The notes under the pieces were generated by a model. The model saw nothing but the letters and a program-made list of their open reading frames with translations, was not told the DNA's origin and did not search any database. Positions 18,086 through 27,303 of a stretch of DNA of 64,000 nucleotides are shown piece by piece. The DNA lies in assembly GCA_963842305.1 (NCBI GenBank), contig CAWJFW010000006.1, positions 7,722 through 71,721 of the forward strand, written 5' to 3'. Every line of letters begins with the position of its first letter. The stretch's first letter is position 1. The translations under genes were made by a program, and so were the position numbers. The DNA comes from an uncultured Actinomycetes bacterium (GTDB taxonomy: Bacteria > Actinomycetota > Thermoleophilia > Gaiellales > Gaiellaceae).

Positions 18086-20239
18086 ATGGCCTCGCGCTCT
18101 CCCGAGGCTCATGGGCCGACGACTCCCGAGCTGGTGCTGGTGGCACCTCCCGAAGTCGCACGCGCTGAACGTGAGCGCCTCCCGGAGCCCCGCCACTCGC
18201 TGCTTCGGCCGCGAACGCGCCCCTCGCCGCATCGGCTACGAACCGTGCCGGCCTTCGCGTTCGCCTTCGCGGGCGATGCGGCGGCGCTTCCTGCTCCCGC
18301 ACGGCGTGCACGAAGATGGTCGTGGATCGGCTGGTTCCTCGCGACGGTCGCACTCGTCGTCGCGGCGTTCGCCGTCAGCTTTCCGTTCATGCCCTCCGAG
18401 ACCGACCGCCTTCCCGAGTGGCGCGCCCTGAGCGGGACGGGCAACAACCTCGAGCACCCCAACTGGGGTGAGGGAAATCGGCCCTATCTGCGCGTCGCGT
18501 CGTTCTCGTTCGCCGACGGGATCGCGGAGATGGACGCAGGGCCTCCGCCCCGCTACATCAGCAACCGCATCTTCAACGACGTCGGCCAGAACCTCTTCTC
18601 GGAAAACGGCGTCTCACAGTGGGGCTGGGTCTGGGGGCAGTTCCTCGACCACACCTTCGGCCTCCGGCAGGAGACGCCGGGGGAGAAGGCGCCTATCCCG
18701 TTCGCGACCGATGATCCTCTCGAACGGTTCCAAAACGATCTCGGCGCGATCGACTTTCGGCGCACGCCCGCGGCGCCCGGGACCGGCCGCACTTCGTCGC
18801 GGGAGCAAATGAACACCGTCCCGAGCTTCATCGACGCGTTCGCCGTGTACGGCGGCACCGACGCGCGACTCGAGTGGCTCCGTGAGGGACCGGTCAACGG
18901 GACCCTTGCGGACAACCGCGCGTCGTTGATCCTGCCCGGCGGCTACCTACCACACGCGGATGCGCGCACAGCGGCACACGCTCCCGAAATGCAGCTGATG
19001 GGGCCCCTGGTCGGTCAACCCGAAAACGCGGTCGTGTCCGGGGACGTGCGCGCGAACGAAAACATCGCCCTCACAGCGACCCACACGCTGTTCGCGCGCG
19101 AGCACAACCGGGTCGTCTCGCGCCTCCCCGCCATCCTGCCCGAGGAGGAGAAGTTCCAGATCGCGCGGCGTGTCGTGGGCGCGGAGCAGCAGTACATCAC
19201 CTACCACGAGTTTCTGCCGGCGCTCGGCATCTACCTCCCGCAGTACCGGGGGTACAACCCCGACGTCGACCCCACGCTCTCCAACGAGTTCGCGGCCGCC
19301 GGCTACCGAGTGCACAGCATGATCCACGGCGAGTTCGAACCCCGCGTGCCGGCGAGCACCTACTCGGCCGACCAGCTCGACCTGTTCAAGCAAGCGGGAA
19401 TCGGCGTCGAGGAGGACGAAGGCCAGATCGAGCTCGTGATCCCGCTCGGCCTCGCGTTCGGGAACCCCGACCTCCTCCCGGCAGTCGGGCTCGGCCCGTT
19501 TCTGAAGGGCCTCGGCGGCGAGCGGCAATACCGAAACGACGAGCAGATCGACGAGTCGCTCAGGAGCATCCTGTTCCAGATCCCGAAGCCGGGGAGCAGC
19601 GATCCGGCTTCCTGCGCCTCGCCGACCATCAAGCCCGGGTGCTTCACGGGCGTCCAGGATCTCGGCGCGATCGACATCCAGCGCGGGCGCGACCATGGCC
19701 TGCCGCACTACAACCAGCTTCGAACCGCGTACGGCCTCGCGCCGAAGAACACCTTCGCCGACATCACCGGCGAGTCGAGCGAGAGCTTCCCGCAGGACTT
19801 GGCCCGCAAGGGCGATCCGATCGACAACCCGAGCAGCCTCGAGTTCACGAAGCTGGCGGACGCCGAGGGCCACGCGATTCCGCTCGGCAGCGAGGACGCT
19901 GGCGAGAGCGCCGTCACCGGGGTGCGAAGGGCGACGCTAGCGGCGCGGCTGAATGGGATCTACGGCGCCGGAAACGTGAACAAGATCGACGCGTTCGTCG
20001 GAATGCTCTCCGAGCAGCACGTGCGTGGAACGGAGTTCGGGGAGCTGCAGCTCGCGATCTGGACCAAGCAGTTTGCGGCGCTCCGCGACGGGGACCGGTT
20101 CTTCTACCTGAACGACCCCTTCCTGGAGACGATCAGGGAGCAGTACGGAATCGACTACCGGCTCACGCTCGCGGACGTCATCGAGCTCAACACCGGCGAG
20201 TCGGTCGACCCGAACGTCTTCAAGGCGCCGCCCGACTGA
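18086..20239 (+). CDS. Animal-type heme peroxidase (peroxidase-cyclooxygenase superfamily) with N-terminal TM anchor
   Basis: TM helix WIGWFLATVALVVAAFAVSF, then ..GTGNNLEHPNWGE.., ..WGQFLDHT.. (distal His region), ..RANENIALTATHTLFAREHNR.. (proximal His region) and ..DIQRGRDHGLP... Start codon uncertain. Confidence 0.85.
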   Translation: MASRSPEAHGPTTPELVLVAPPEVARAERERLPEPRHSLLRPRTRPSPHRLRTVPAFAFAFAGDAAALPAPARRARRWSWIGWFLATVALVVAAFAVSFPFMPSETDRLPEWRALSGTGNNLEHPNWGEGNRPYLRVASFSFADGIAEMDAGPPPRYISNRIFNDVGQNLFSENGVSQWGWVWGQFLDHTFGLRQETPGEKAPIPFATDDPLERFQNDLGAIDFRRTPAAPGTGRTSSREQMNTVPSFIDAFAVYGGTDARLEWLREGPVNGTLADNRASLILPGGYLPHADARTAAHAPEMQLMGPLVGQPENAVVSGDVRANENIALTATHTLFAREHNRVVSRLPAILPEEEKFQIARRVVGAEQQYITYHEFLPALGIYLPQYRGYNPDVDPTLSNEFAAAGYRVHSMIHGEFEPRVPASTYSADQLDLFKQAGIGVEEDEGQIELVIPLGLAFGNPDLLPAVGLGPFLKGLGGERQYRNDEQIDESLRSILFQIPKPGSSDPASCASPTIKPGCFTGVQDLGAIDIQRGRDHGLPHYNQLRTAYGLAPKNTFADITGESSESFPQDLARKGDPIDNPSSLEFTKLADAEGHAIPLGSEDAGESAVTGVRRATLAARLNGIYGAGNVNKIDAFVGMLSEQHVRGTEFGELQLAIWTKQFAALRDGDRFFYLNDPFLETIREQYGIDYRLTLADVIELNTGESVDPNVFKAPPD

Positions 20240-20300
20240 GCGCACACGCGCGCGAGACCGCCGCACCGGGGCGGTGAGACTGTCAAGGTCGTCTCACACG

Positions 20301-21236
20301 ATGCGAGCGCTTCTCTACCATGGCCCGGGCGACTTGCGCGTCGAGGAAATCCCCCGGCCGGAGCCCGGCCCCGGAGACGTGCTCGTCCAGGTCGAGGTGG
20401 CCCTCACGGACGGGACCGACGCCAAGGCCTTCCACCGCGGCCATCCGCTCCTCATCGCCGAGGTGCCGAGCCCGTTCGGGCACGAGTTCTGCGGGATCGA
20501 CGTCGCCACCGGCCACCGCATCGTTGCCGCGAACTCGGCGCCCTGCGGGAAATGCCCTCCGTGCCGCCGCGGCGAGGAGACGCTGTGCGAGGAGCTCCGC
20601 CCCTTCCTGAACGGTGCCTATGCGGAGTACCTGCTCGTCCCCGCGCGGATCGCCGAGCGCAACCTCGTCCCGGTCCCGCCGGCGCTCACCTCCGAGATCG
20701 CGGCGATGGTCGAGCCACTGGCGTGCTGTCTGCACGGGATCGAGCGGGCTGAGATCGAAGCGGGACAGACTGTCGCGGTGGTGGGGCCCGGCCCGATCGG
20801 CCTGATGCTCTGCGCCGCTGCGAAGGACGCAGGCGCCCGGGTGGTCGTGGTCGGCGGCCGGCCGGAGCGTCGCGAGCTCGCCCTGCTCTTCGGCGCCGAG
20901 CCGGGGGATGGAATAGGGGCCGACGTCGTCATCGAGGCGGTCGGCTCCGGAGAGGCCTGGCACGAAGCGCTGGCGCTCGTGCGTCCGGGCGGAACCGTCC
21001 TCTTCTTCGGCGGCCGCGAGGTGGCGGTCGACACGTTCCGCCTCCACTACGAGGAGCTCACGCTCCGAGGCGCCTTCCATCACACGCCGCGCCACATTCG
21101 CGCGGCCCTCGCGTTCCTGGCCAGCGGCGCCTACCCGTGGGAACGCCTCGTGACCCACCGGGTCGGACTCGAGCAGGTCGCCGCCCTCTTCGCCGACCCG
21201 CCGTCGGACCTGCTGAAGGCGGCCGTCCTCCCCTGA
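20301..21236 (+). CDS. Zinc-binding medium-chain dehydrogenase/reductase
   Basis: MRALLYHGPGDLRVEEIP.., GHE, CGKCPPCRRGEETLC, and GPGPIGL Rossmann motif. Start at the internal ATG 20301. Confidence 0.85.
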   Translation: MRALLYHGPGDLRVEEIPRPEPGPGDVLVQVEVALTDGTDAKAFHRGHPLLIAEVPSPFGHEFCGIDVATGHRIVAANSAPCGKCPPCRRGEETLCEELRPFLNGAYAEYLLVPARIAERNLVPVPPALTSEIAAMVEPLACCLHGIERAEIEAGQTVAVVGPGPIGLMLCAAAKDAGARVVVVGGRPERRELALLFGAEPGDGIGADVVIEAVGSGEAWHEALALVRPGGTVLFFGGREVAVDTFRLHYEELTLRGAFHHTPRHIRAALAFLASGAYPWERLVTHRVGLEQVAALFADPPSDLLKAAVLP

Positions 21237-21878
21237 TCAGCTGCGAAGACGCACGAGTGTGACTCCATCGCGGACGGTCAGGACGACCGCCACGACTCGC
21301 GGATCGGAGGCGATCCGGTCGTTGAGCTCGATGAACATGCGGGTCTCGGGCGAGTCGTCGGGCTCCGCGACCCGGCCCGACCAGAGCGTGTTGTCGAGCA
21401 CCATGAGCCCACGCGGGGAGAGCCGGGGGACGAGCGCCTCGTAGTACGCGGGGTAGCCGGCCTTGTCGGCGTCGATGAAGACGAGGTCGAAGTCACCCTC
21501 GAGACGCTCCACGGTCTCGAGCGCCGGCCCGAGGTGAATCGTGACGCGGTCACCGACACCCGCCTCGTCCAGGTACCGGCGTGCGACAGCGGCGTGCGAC
21601 TCGTCCACTTCGCAGGTATCGATGTGCCCGCCCGCAGGGAGCGCCTCCGCGACGGCGAGCGTCCCGAAGCCGCTGTAGGTCCCGAGCTCGAGCACGCGCT
21701 GGGGCTGCAGCGCGAACGTGAGGAACTCGATCAGGCGCCCGGCGACGAGGCCCGAAAGCATCTCCGGGGAACGCAGCGTCTCCTGGGTCTCCTCGGCGAG
21801 CCGACGCTGGAGCTCCGACGCCGGGGTCGTGTGCTCCTCCGCGTAGCGCTCGATCTCGTCGGAGGCGATGAAGACCAT
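21237..21878 (-). CDS. Class I SAM-dependent O-methyltransferase (caffeoyl-CoA OMT-like)
   Basis: ..VLELGTYSGFGTLAVAEAL.., ..FDLVFIDADK..Y..YYE...L...G....DN.LW.G.V pattern. Confidence 0.85.
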   Translation of the reverse strand: MVFIASDEIERYAEEHTTPASELQRRLAEETQETLRSPEMLSGLVAGRLIEFLTFALQPQRVLELGTYSGFGTLAVAEALPAGGHIDTCEVDESHAAVARRYLDEAGVGDRVTIHLGPALETVERLEGDFDLVFIDADKAGYPAYYEALVPRLSPRGLMVLDNTLWSGRVAEPDDSPETRMFIELNDRIASDPRVVAVVLTVRDGVTLVRLRS

Positions 21879-21881
21879 CGC

Positions 21882-22598
21882 CTACCGGACGACGCGGGAG
21901 CCGCCGACGATCGCGTCGCGACCGTCCTGGAACCGGACCCACGCCTTGCCGCCGCCGTCGTAGTCGGTGCCCCAGACGACGAGCGTCGCCTCGGCTCCCG
22001 AAACATGGCAGCGCTCGGTTCCCTCCGCTTCCGCCCCCCGCCAGATGCGGACGAACGGGTTCTCCTCCCACTCTCGCCCGATCGTCGTCTCCTCGCTGTG
22101 GCCGGGGTAGACGACCAGGTCGTGAGGGAGCCCCATCAGGACGTCCATCACCGAGCGGCGGAGGTCGTCGAAGGCGTCCTGCGTCCCACCAACGGAGCCC
22201 GTGAAGAGCGTGTCGCCCGTGAAGACCGCCTCGTCGTCGACGACGAACGAGAGCATCCCACGCGTGTGTCCCGGCGTTCGGAGCGCCTCGATCCGGAGGT
22301 CCCCCGCCTCGACGACCTCTCCGTGGCCGAGCGGCTCGGCGCCCTCGATGTCCTCCTCGGGAGACGCGAGCACCCGCAGCCCGAACCGTTCCGCGAGCAC
22401 CTCGTGATTCGCAACATGGTCCGCGTGGGCGTGCGTCGTCAGAAGAAGCGTGGGGTGAACCTCGTGCCGCTCGACGGCGGCCAACAGAGGCTCGAGCGGC
22501 GCGCCGGAATCGACGAACACGGCGGCCCCTCCCGAGCGGTCGGCGACCAGGTAGGCGTTCGAGAGCCACTGGGGATCCATGCTCCGCTCGACGATCAT
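21882..22598 (-). CDS. MBL-fold metallo-hydrolase (glyoxalase II-like) with C-terminal extension
   Basis: THAHADH motif, ..TPGHTRG.., ..GD.LF.GS.G... Start ATG 22598 overlaps the upstream stop (ATGA). Confidence 0.85.
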   Translation of the reverse strand: MIVERSMDPQWLSNAYLVADRSGGAAVFVDSGAPLEPLLAAVERHEVHPTLLLTTHAHADHVANHEVLAERFGLRVLASPEEDIEGAEPLGHGEVVEAGDLRIEALRTPGHTRGMLSFVVDDEAVFTGDTLFTGSVGGTQDAFDDLRRSVMDVLMGLPHDLVVYPGHSEETTIGREWEENPFVRIWRGAEAEGTERCHVSGAEATLVVWGTDYDGGGKAWVRFQDGRDAIVGGSRVVR

Positions 22599-24514
22599 GG
22601 AGCGGGAAGCATGCCAGCCGACGCATCTTTCGAGTCGCGGCGAACGGTGAGGTCGAGGTAGAGGAGCGACAACGCGACGGACGTGAACGGGAGGACGAGC
22701 GCGAAGAGGAGCGTCCCGAAGAAGTTGATCGTGGCGAGCGGGGCGTCCGTCACGAAGATGATGACGATGCCCGTGACCGGTCCGGCAACGGCAAGGACGA
22801 GCAGGAGGACGAACGTGATCGCGGCCACCCTCCACCAGTGCCCGCGCACGAGATTTCGACTCCCGCGGAACGCCTCGCGCCCGTGCCGCCCTTCGAATCC
22901 GGCCACCTGCTGGACGAACGCCCAGTCCACCGCCTTCTTCACCGCGTACGGGATCCCGATCACGGTCAGCATGAGGAAGAAGACGACGATGAGCCCCGCG
23001 TATCCGAGCGCGAGCAGTCGCCACAGCTCGCCCCGTAGGCCGCGAACCACCGCGCGCAGGCTCGCGTCGCCGTTGCGGTCCTGCTCCCGGAGGACGAGAA
23101 CCGTGGCCGCCCCGACGAGCATGGGCGCGACCGCGTGGACGAGGCTGCCCGCGAACAGCGCGACCACCGCCTCGATCTTGTCGTCCTCGAGCGCGTCGAA
23201 CGCCCTGCGGAGCCCGGTCGAGTGGAAGAGCGCGAGTTGCGCGGCGACGGCGAGGCCTCCGAGCGGCACAGCGACGAGCCCGACGGGGGCAAGCACGCGC
23301 AGGTCGTCCCAGTAGACGCGGACGGCGCAATCGACGATCTGCCCGCCCGCCCGCCGCTGGCGGACCGGCTTGGCGACGACCGGGCGCCACTGCGTGCGCA
23401 GCGCCGGGATGGCGAAGGCCACCGCAATCGTGGCGAACACGAGGAGCGCCGTCAGGGGGCTCGTCGAGGTGTCATTCAGGAGGCCGGAAGCGGAGCTGAC
23501 CCCTGTGCAGAAGATTTCGGTCACCGGCTCGCCGAGCGTCTCGTTCGTCGGCACGGTCGGCGACGACGTGCGCAGGCGGGTCATCCACCGGAACGGCTCC
23601 AGCCACTGCTCCTTCATGTTCGGCCCGGTCGGCCCGTTCGAGACCCCCGGCTCGTGCTGTCCCCAGTGGCCTCGGAACGTGAGCCAGGCGTGCTCTCCGT
23701 CGAGGTCGGGATACGTCGGGACGATCAGCGGCGTCGGGACGACGCGCGTCGACGGGGGGCGGGTGTTGTCGCAGCCGAGCCCGGATCCGTGCCTCCCGTT
23801 GCCGAGGAAGAGCGCCGACCAGTACTGGCTCGCGTGGGAGCCCGACGAGGGGTAGACGACCGGGTGCGTCCCCTCCTTCTCGACCCTGGGATCGTCCCAC
23901 GAGCGACGCTCGCCGCCTTCGTGCTGCGCGTACGCGAGCTCCGTGGGGCCGCGGGCGAGAGCCTCCTGCGGCGTCGTCGCATCGAACGCGACCTGCATCA
24001 TCTCCCAGTCGCTCTCGTGCAGGTCGTTGAACTGATTGAACCAGTAGTAGAACCAGTACTGGACTGCGATCCCCTGCACCCCGGGCTCGCGCGCGATGTG
24101 GGCGTACGTGACCGACGAGCGGCCGTCCATGAGCCGGGCCGAGTCGCGCGCGTAGGTGCAGCCGGGATGGAGGGGATTCCCGGGCAGGTCGAGGTAGTAG
24201 TCGGGCCCGAGGCCCGCGAGGTCGGAGGCGGTCGGGGCGGTGGCGAGCTCGTCGCTCTGACGGAAGTTCCCGCCGGATCGCCGCCGCACGAGCCGCACGT
24301 CGGAGTTTCCGAGCGTGATCTCGACCGGGGCGAGGCGGTACTGCTCACCCTTCCGCGAGCACGGTGGATCCGGGTTCTCCTTGAACATCATGATCGGGGA
24401 GTAGCGCCGAACCAGCTCGCGCTCGGCCGCGGTCTGCGAACGGGCGACGGCGGGGCCGGCCAGCGCGGCCAGCGCGGCAATCGCGATAGCCACGCGCCCG
24501 ACGATCCTCGTCAT
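22595..24514 (-). CDS. Exported Vps62/DUF946-like domain fused to a C-terminal polytopic membrane domain
   Basis: Signal peptide MTRIVGRVAIAIAALAALAGPAVA. ..VQYWFYYWFNQFNDLHESDWEMMQV.. resembles the WFFY..N / H.GDWE motifs of Vps62-type proteins. About 6 C-terminal TM helices. Confidence 0.7.
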   Translation of the reverse strand: MTRIVGRVAIAIAALAALAGPAVARSQTAAERELVRRYSPIMMFKENPDPPCSRKGEQYRLAPVEITLGNSDVRLVRRRSGGNFRQSDELATAPTASDLAGLGPDYYLDLPGNPLHPGCTYARDSARLMDGRSSVTYAHIAREPGVQGIAVQYWFYYWFNQFNDLHESDWEMMQVAFDATTPQEALARGPTELAYAQHEGGERRSWDDPRVEKEGTHPVVYPSSGSHASQYWSALFLGNGRHGSGLGCDNTRPPSTRVVPTPLIVPTYPDLDGEHAWLTFRGHWGQHEPGVSNGPTGPNMKEQWLEPFRWMTRLRTSSPTVPTNETLGEPVTEIFCTGVSSASGLLNDTSTSPLTALLVFATIAVAFAIPALRTQWRPVVAKPVRQRRAGGQIVDCAVRVYWDDLRVLAPVGLVAVPLGGLAVAAQLALFHSTGLRRAFDALEDDKIEAVVALFAGSLVHAVAPMLVGAATVLVLREQDRNGDASLRAVVRGLRGELWRLLALGYAGLIVVFFLMLTVIGIPYAVKKAVDWAFVQQVAGFEGRHGREAFRGSRNLVRGHWWRVAAITFVLLLVLAVAGPVTGIVIIFVTDAPLATINFFGTLLFALVLPFTSVALSLLYLDLTVRRDSKDASAGMLPAP

Positions 24515-24575
24515 GATGATCCAGCCTAGAGCGGTAGCATGGCTGGCGCACCCGGACCGGGAGGTTGATTCGGAC

Positions 24576-25310
24576 ATGGCCGGCCTGATGAGCCGAACTT
24601 CGAACGTCGTCAAGTCGTGGTACTCGAAGCTGCTCGACCGCGCCGAGGATCCGTCGGTGACCCTCGACTACTCGTACGAGAAGCAGCTCGAGATGCTGCA
24701 GGACGTCAAACGCGGCGTCGCCGATGTCGTCACCGCGAAGAAGCGGCTCGAGCTGCAGACCGGCAAGCTCGAGCAGGAGCTGCCGAAGCTCGACGACCAG
24801 GCCCGCAAGGCCCTGGCCGCCGGCCGCGAGGACCTCGCCCGCGCCGCGCTCGAGCGCAAGGCGGTCGCCCAGCAGCAGCTCCAGGGGCTCGACCAGCAGA
24901 TTGCCGGCCTCGAGGCGCAGCAGGAGAAGCTCATGGCCAACGAGAAGCGCCTCTCGGCCAAGGTCGAGGCCTTCCGCAGCCAGAAGGAGGTCATCAAGGC
25001 CGAGTACTCGGCCGCAGAGGCCCAGGTAAAGATCAGCGAGGCGGCGACCGGGATCGGCGAGGAGATGGCGGACACCGGGCTCGCGATCCAGCGCGCCCAG
25101 GACAAGACGGAGCAGATGCAGGCCCGAGCCGCGGCCGTCGACGAGCTCGTCGAGTCGGGCGCCCTCGAGGACTTCACGACCGGCGAGACGTCGCTCGACC
25201 GCGAGCTCGCTCAGGTCTCCGCGCAGAGCCAGGTCGACGAGGAGCTCGCCAAGCTCAAGGGTGAGCTGGCCACGGGCGGTGCCAAGAAGGAGCTGGAGGA
25301 GAAGTCGTGA
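24576..25310 (+). CDS. pspA: PspA/IM30 family protein
   Basis: ATG 24576 after GGGAGG. Coiled-coil sequence ..LLDRAEDP...LDYSYEKQLEMLQDVKRGVADVVTAKKRLE.. is typical of PspA/Vipp1. Confidence 0.9.
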   Translation: MAGLMSRTSNVVKSWYSKLLDRAEDPSVTLDYSYEKQLEMLQDVKRGVADVVTAKKRLELQTGKLEQELPKLDDQARKALAAGREDLARAALERKAVAQQQLQGLDQQIAGLEAQQEKLMANEKRLSAKVEAFRSQKEVIKAEYSAAEAQVKISEAATGIGEEMADTGLAIQRAQDKTEQMQARAAAVDELVESGALEDFTTGETSLDRELAQVSAQSQVDEELAKLKGELATGGAKKELEEKS

Positions 25311-25594
25311 TCGTCAGGCTGATGGGCGAAGGGCAGTACCGGATCGGCGACGAGCTCCTTCCGACCTTGAACGAGCTCGACGACCGGGCGCAGTCCGCCG
25401 CGGACGCGGACGACGAGCCGCAGCTCGACGCCCTCCTGGAAGACATGTGGAAACTCGTTCTGGCCGAAGGCGAGCGGCTTGCCGACGACCATCTCGGCGC
25501 CTCGGACGTCGTCATTCCGCCGAGCGACCTGACCCTGGAAGAGACGAAGCGCCTCTTCTCGGACGAGGGCCTGATCCCGGACCTGCCGGCCTAG
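25307..25594 (+). CDS. PspA-associated protein PspAA
   Basis: 95 aa, start overlaps the pspA stop. MIVRLMGEGQYRIGDELL..LNELDD.. and ..VIPPSDLTLEETKRLFSDEGLIPDLP fit my recollection of the PspAA family. Confidence 0.75.
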   Translation: MIVRLMGEGQYRIGDELLPTLNELDDRAQSAADADDEPQLDALLEDMWKLVLAEGERLADDHLGASDVVIPPSDLTLEETKRLFSDEGLIPDLPA

Positions 25595-25597
25595 CTC

Positions 25598-26503
25598 CTA
25601 GGTTCGACGCCGGATCCGCCAGCGCCGACGTGCTCGGCGCGGCGCGCTGCGGAGCGCCCCACGAATCGAGCCTGATCGGCCCTTGACAACGGCGCAGACG
25701 GCCACGGCGCCATAGAAGCCGAGCCTCGGCTTCGCCGAGCAGCACCCCGGGCATCGGCACGCGGGCGCGGAGTTCAGGTCCTCCGAGTACACGCGCGGCA
25801 CCCAGCGCGGGCCGCCCCAGCGGAGGTCGAGGGTGAACGACCGCACGACGTGAGCCCAGATGAGCCACGCGGTCCAGCGGCAGACGCCGTAGAAGAAGGA
25901 AGCGCGGTAGAGGGCGACGAGCGTCGACTCCGAGAGGTAGCGGCCGGCCCAGTTCCAGAACGGGTCGGCCGCCATCACGGTGGTCCTGAAATAGCCGCGT
26001 GTGAGTACCCGCCAGCTCAGAATTCCCCAGACGACGAACACGCCGTCCCAGACGAAGCCGAGGCCGCTGAAGTACGCGCCGGCATCCGTGTACCGACCGG
26101 TCTGTCCCGCGTAGGCCCAGGCCCCGAGGGAGAATAGGTGGTCGGTGAACGGGAAGAGGAGCATCGTCCCGACGGTGTCGCCGACGTCCGTCAGGGCGTG
26201 CGCCCACTGTCCGATCACGAAGCTGTACGCGACGACCTTGTTGCCCCAGATCAGGTACAGGAGGAGCCCGACGAGGACGCCGAACGTCAGTGAGTGGGTG
26301 AAGCCGAACCCCGGCCAGCCCCGGTGGAACTGGGCGGGGTTGTCGGCTTTCAACTCGAAGCCGGCCAGCGTAACGCCGTACACGAACCATTTGGAGAGCA
26401 GGTCGGGCGCGTACGAGCCCACGAGCAGGGGCACGAACGCGACGCGCTTCCCGAGCTCCTTCTGGATGACGTAGGGCTCGAGATCGTGGGCGGCCCAGCT
26501 CAC
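25598..26503 (-). CDS. Membrane-bound metal-dependent hydrolase-like protein (DUF457/YdjM-like)
   Basis: Polytopic, with His/Asp positions (..THSL.., ..WAHALTDVGD..) as in DUF457. The Arg-rich C-terminal tail looks atypical. Confidence 0.6.
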   Translation of the reverse strand: MSWAAHDLEPYVIQKELGKRVAFVPLLVGSYAPDLLSKWFVYGVTLAGFELKADNPAQFHRGWPGFGFTHSLTFGVLVGLLLYLIWGNKVVAYSFVIGQWAHALTDVGDTVGTMLLFPFTDHLFSLGAWAYAGQTGRYTDAGAYFSGLGFVWDGVFVVWGILSWRVLTRGYFRTTVMAADPFWNWAGRYLSESTLVALYRASFFYGVCRWTAWLIWAHVVRSFTLDLRWGGPRWVPRVYSEDLNSAPACRCPGCCSAKPRLGFYGAVAVCAVVKGRSGSIRGALRSAPRRARRRWRIRRRT

Positions 26504-26706
26504 CGGCGCAGGCGACCGACGACCCAGGGCAGCGCAACGACCACGAGCAGCAGGTACCCGGCGGCCACAGCCCAGGAGAAGAGAAACTCGGGCACGACGA
26601 CGCCGATCGCGACGTACAGGGCTCCGGCAGCCAGATAAAGGACGAGCTCACGCCGGCCGAGCGCAAACGCCTCGCGGATCGTCGAGGGTGAGCCGTCCCG
26701 CCGCAC
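26500..26706 (-). CDS. Small two-helix membrane protein (68 aa)
   Basis: Two hydrophobic helices. 4-nt overlap with the downstream gene suggests coupling. Confidence 0.55.
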   Translation of the reverse strand: MRRDGSPSTIREAFALGRRELVLYLAAGALYVAIGVVVPEFLFSWAVAAGYLLLVVVALPWVVGRLRR

Positions 26707-26724
26707 GAGCGGGAGTATGCCGGG

Positions 26725-27303
26725 CTACTCGAACGGCGCGTCGAAGAGCCCCAACCAGCGGGTGAGGTCGGGCTCGATCGGCATCTCGCCCTGGAGCTCG
26801 TTCCGCAGGCGAAGCTCCTCGGCGTTGTCGCGCTCCTGATCCTTCCCGGTGGGGATGAAGGGCCAAAACGCGCCCCGCTTGAAGCCGTAGACGAGGTACA
26901 CGGGGTGCTCCCGGTCGCGACCCTCGAAGGCGAAGTCGGCGGCGAGGAGCTGCTCGCCGAACCCGCGGGCGACGAGCTCGCTCGCGACGATGTGGACGCC
27001 GGTGACGACGTCCTCGAAGTCGCGGTCGCGGACGACGATCCACTCGTAGCCCAGCGAGTCCTGGCGGCGCCTGACGTCCGATCCGGACGTCTCCTTGACC
27101 ACGCCGAGCAGCTCGTCGACGTCCTGCTCGGCGCGGGCGAACTCGCCCGCCGAGAGCGGCTTGATGACGACGGCCGCGACGCCGGCGGGCTTGAGGCCGA
27201 GCTCGGTCTCGAGCGTGACCTGGGCGGTCGAGAGCGCGAAGAGCTTGTCGAGTTTGGCGCCCTTGAGGCGCTTGCGCCCGAAGAGGACGTCAGTGAGGCC
27301 CAC
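26725..27303 (-). CDS. PspA-associated protein PspAB
   Basis: MGLTDVLFGRKRLKGAKLDKLFALSTAQVTLE... fits my recollection of PspAB. It lies immediately downstream of htpX with adjacent stop and start. Confidence 0.7.
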   Translation of the reverse strand: MGLTDVLFGRKRLKGAKLDKLFALSTAQVTLETELGLKPAGVAAVVIKPLSAGEFARAEQDVDELLGVVKETSGSDVRRRQDSLGYEWIVVRDRDFEDVVTGVHIVASELVARGFGEQLLAADFAFEGRDREHPVYLVYGFKRGAFWPFIPTGKDQERDNAEELRLRNELQGEMPIEPDLTRWLGLFDAPFE

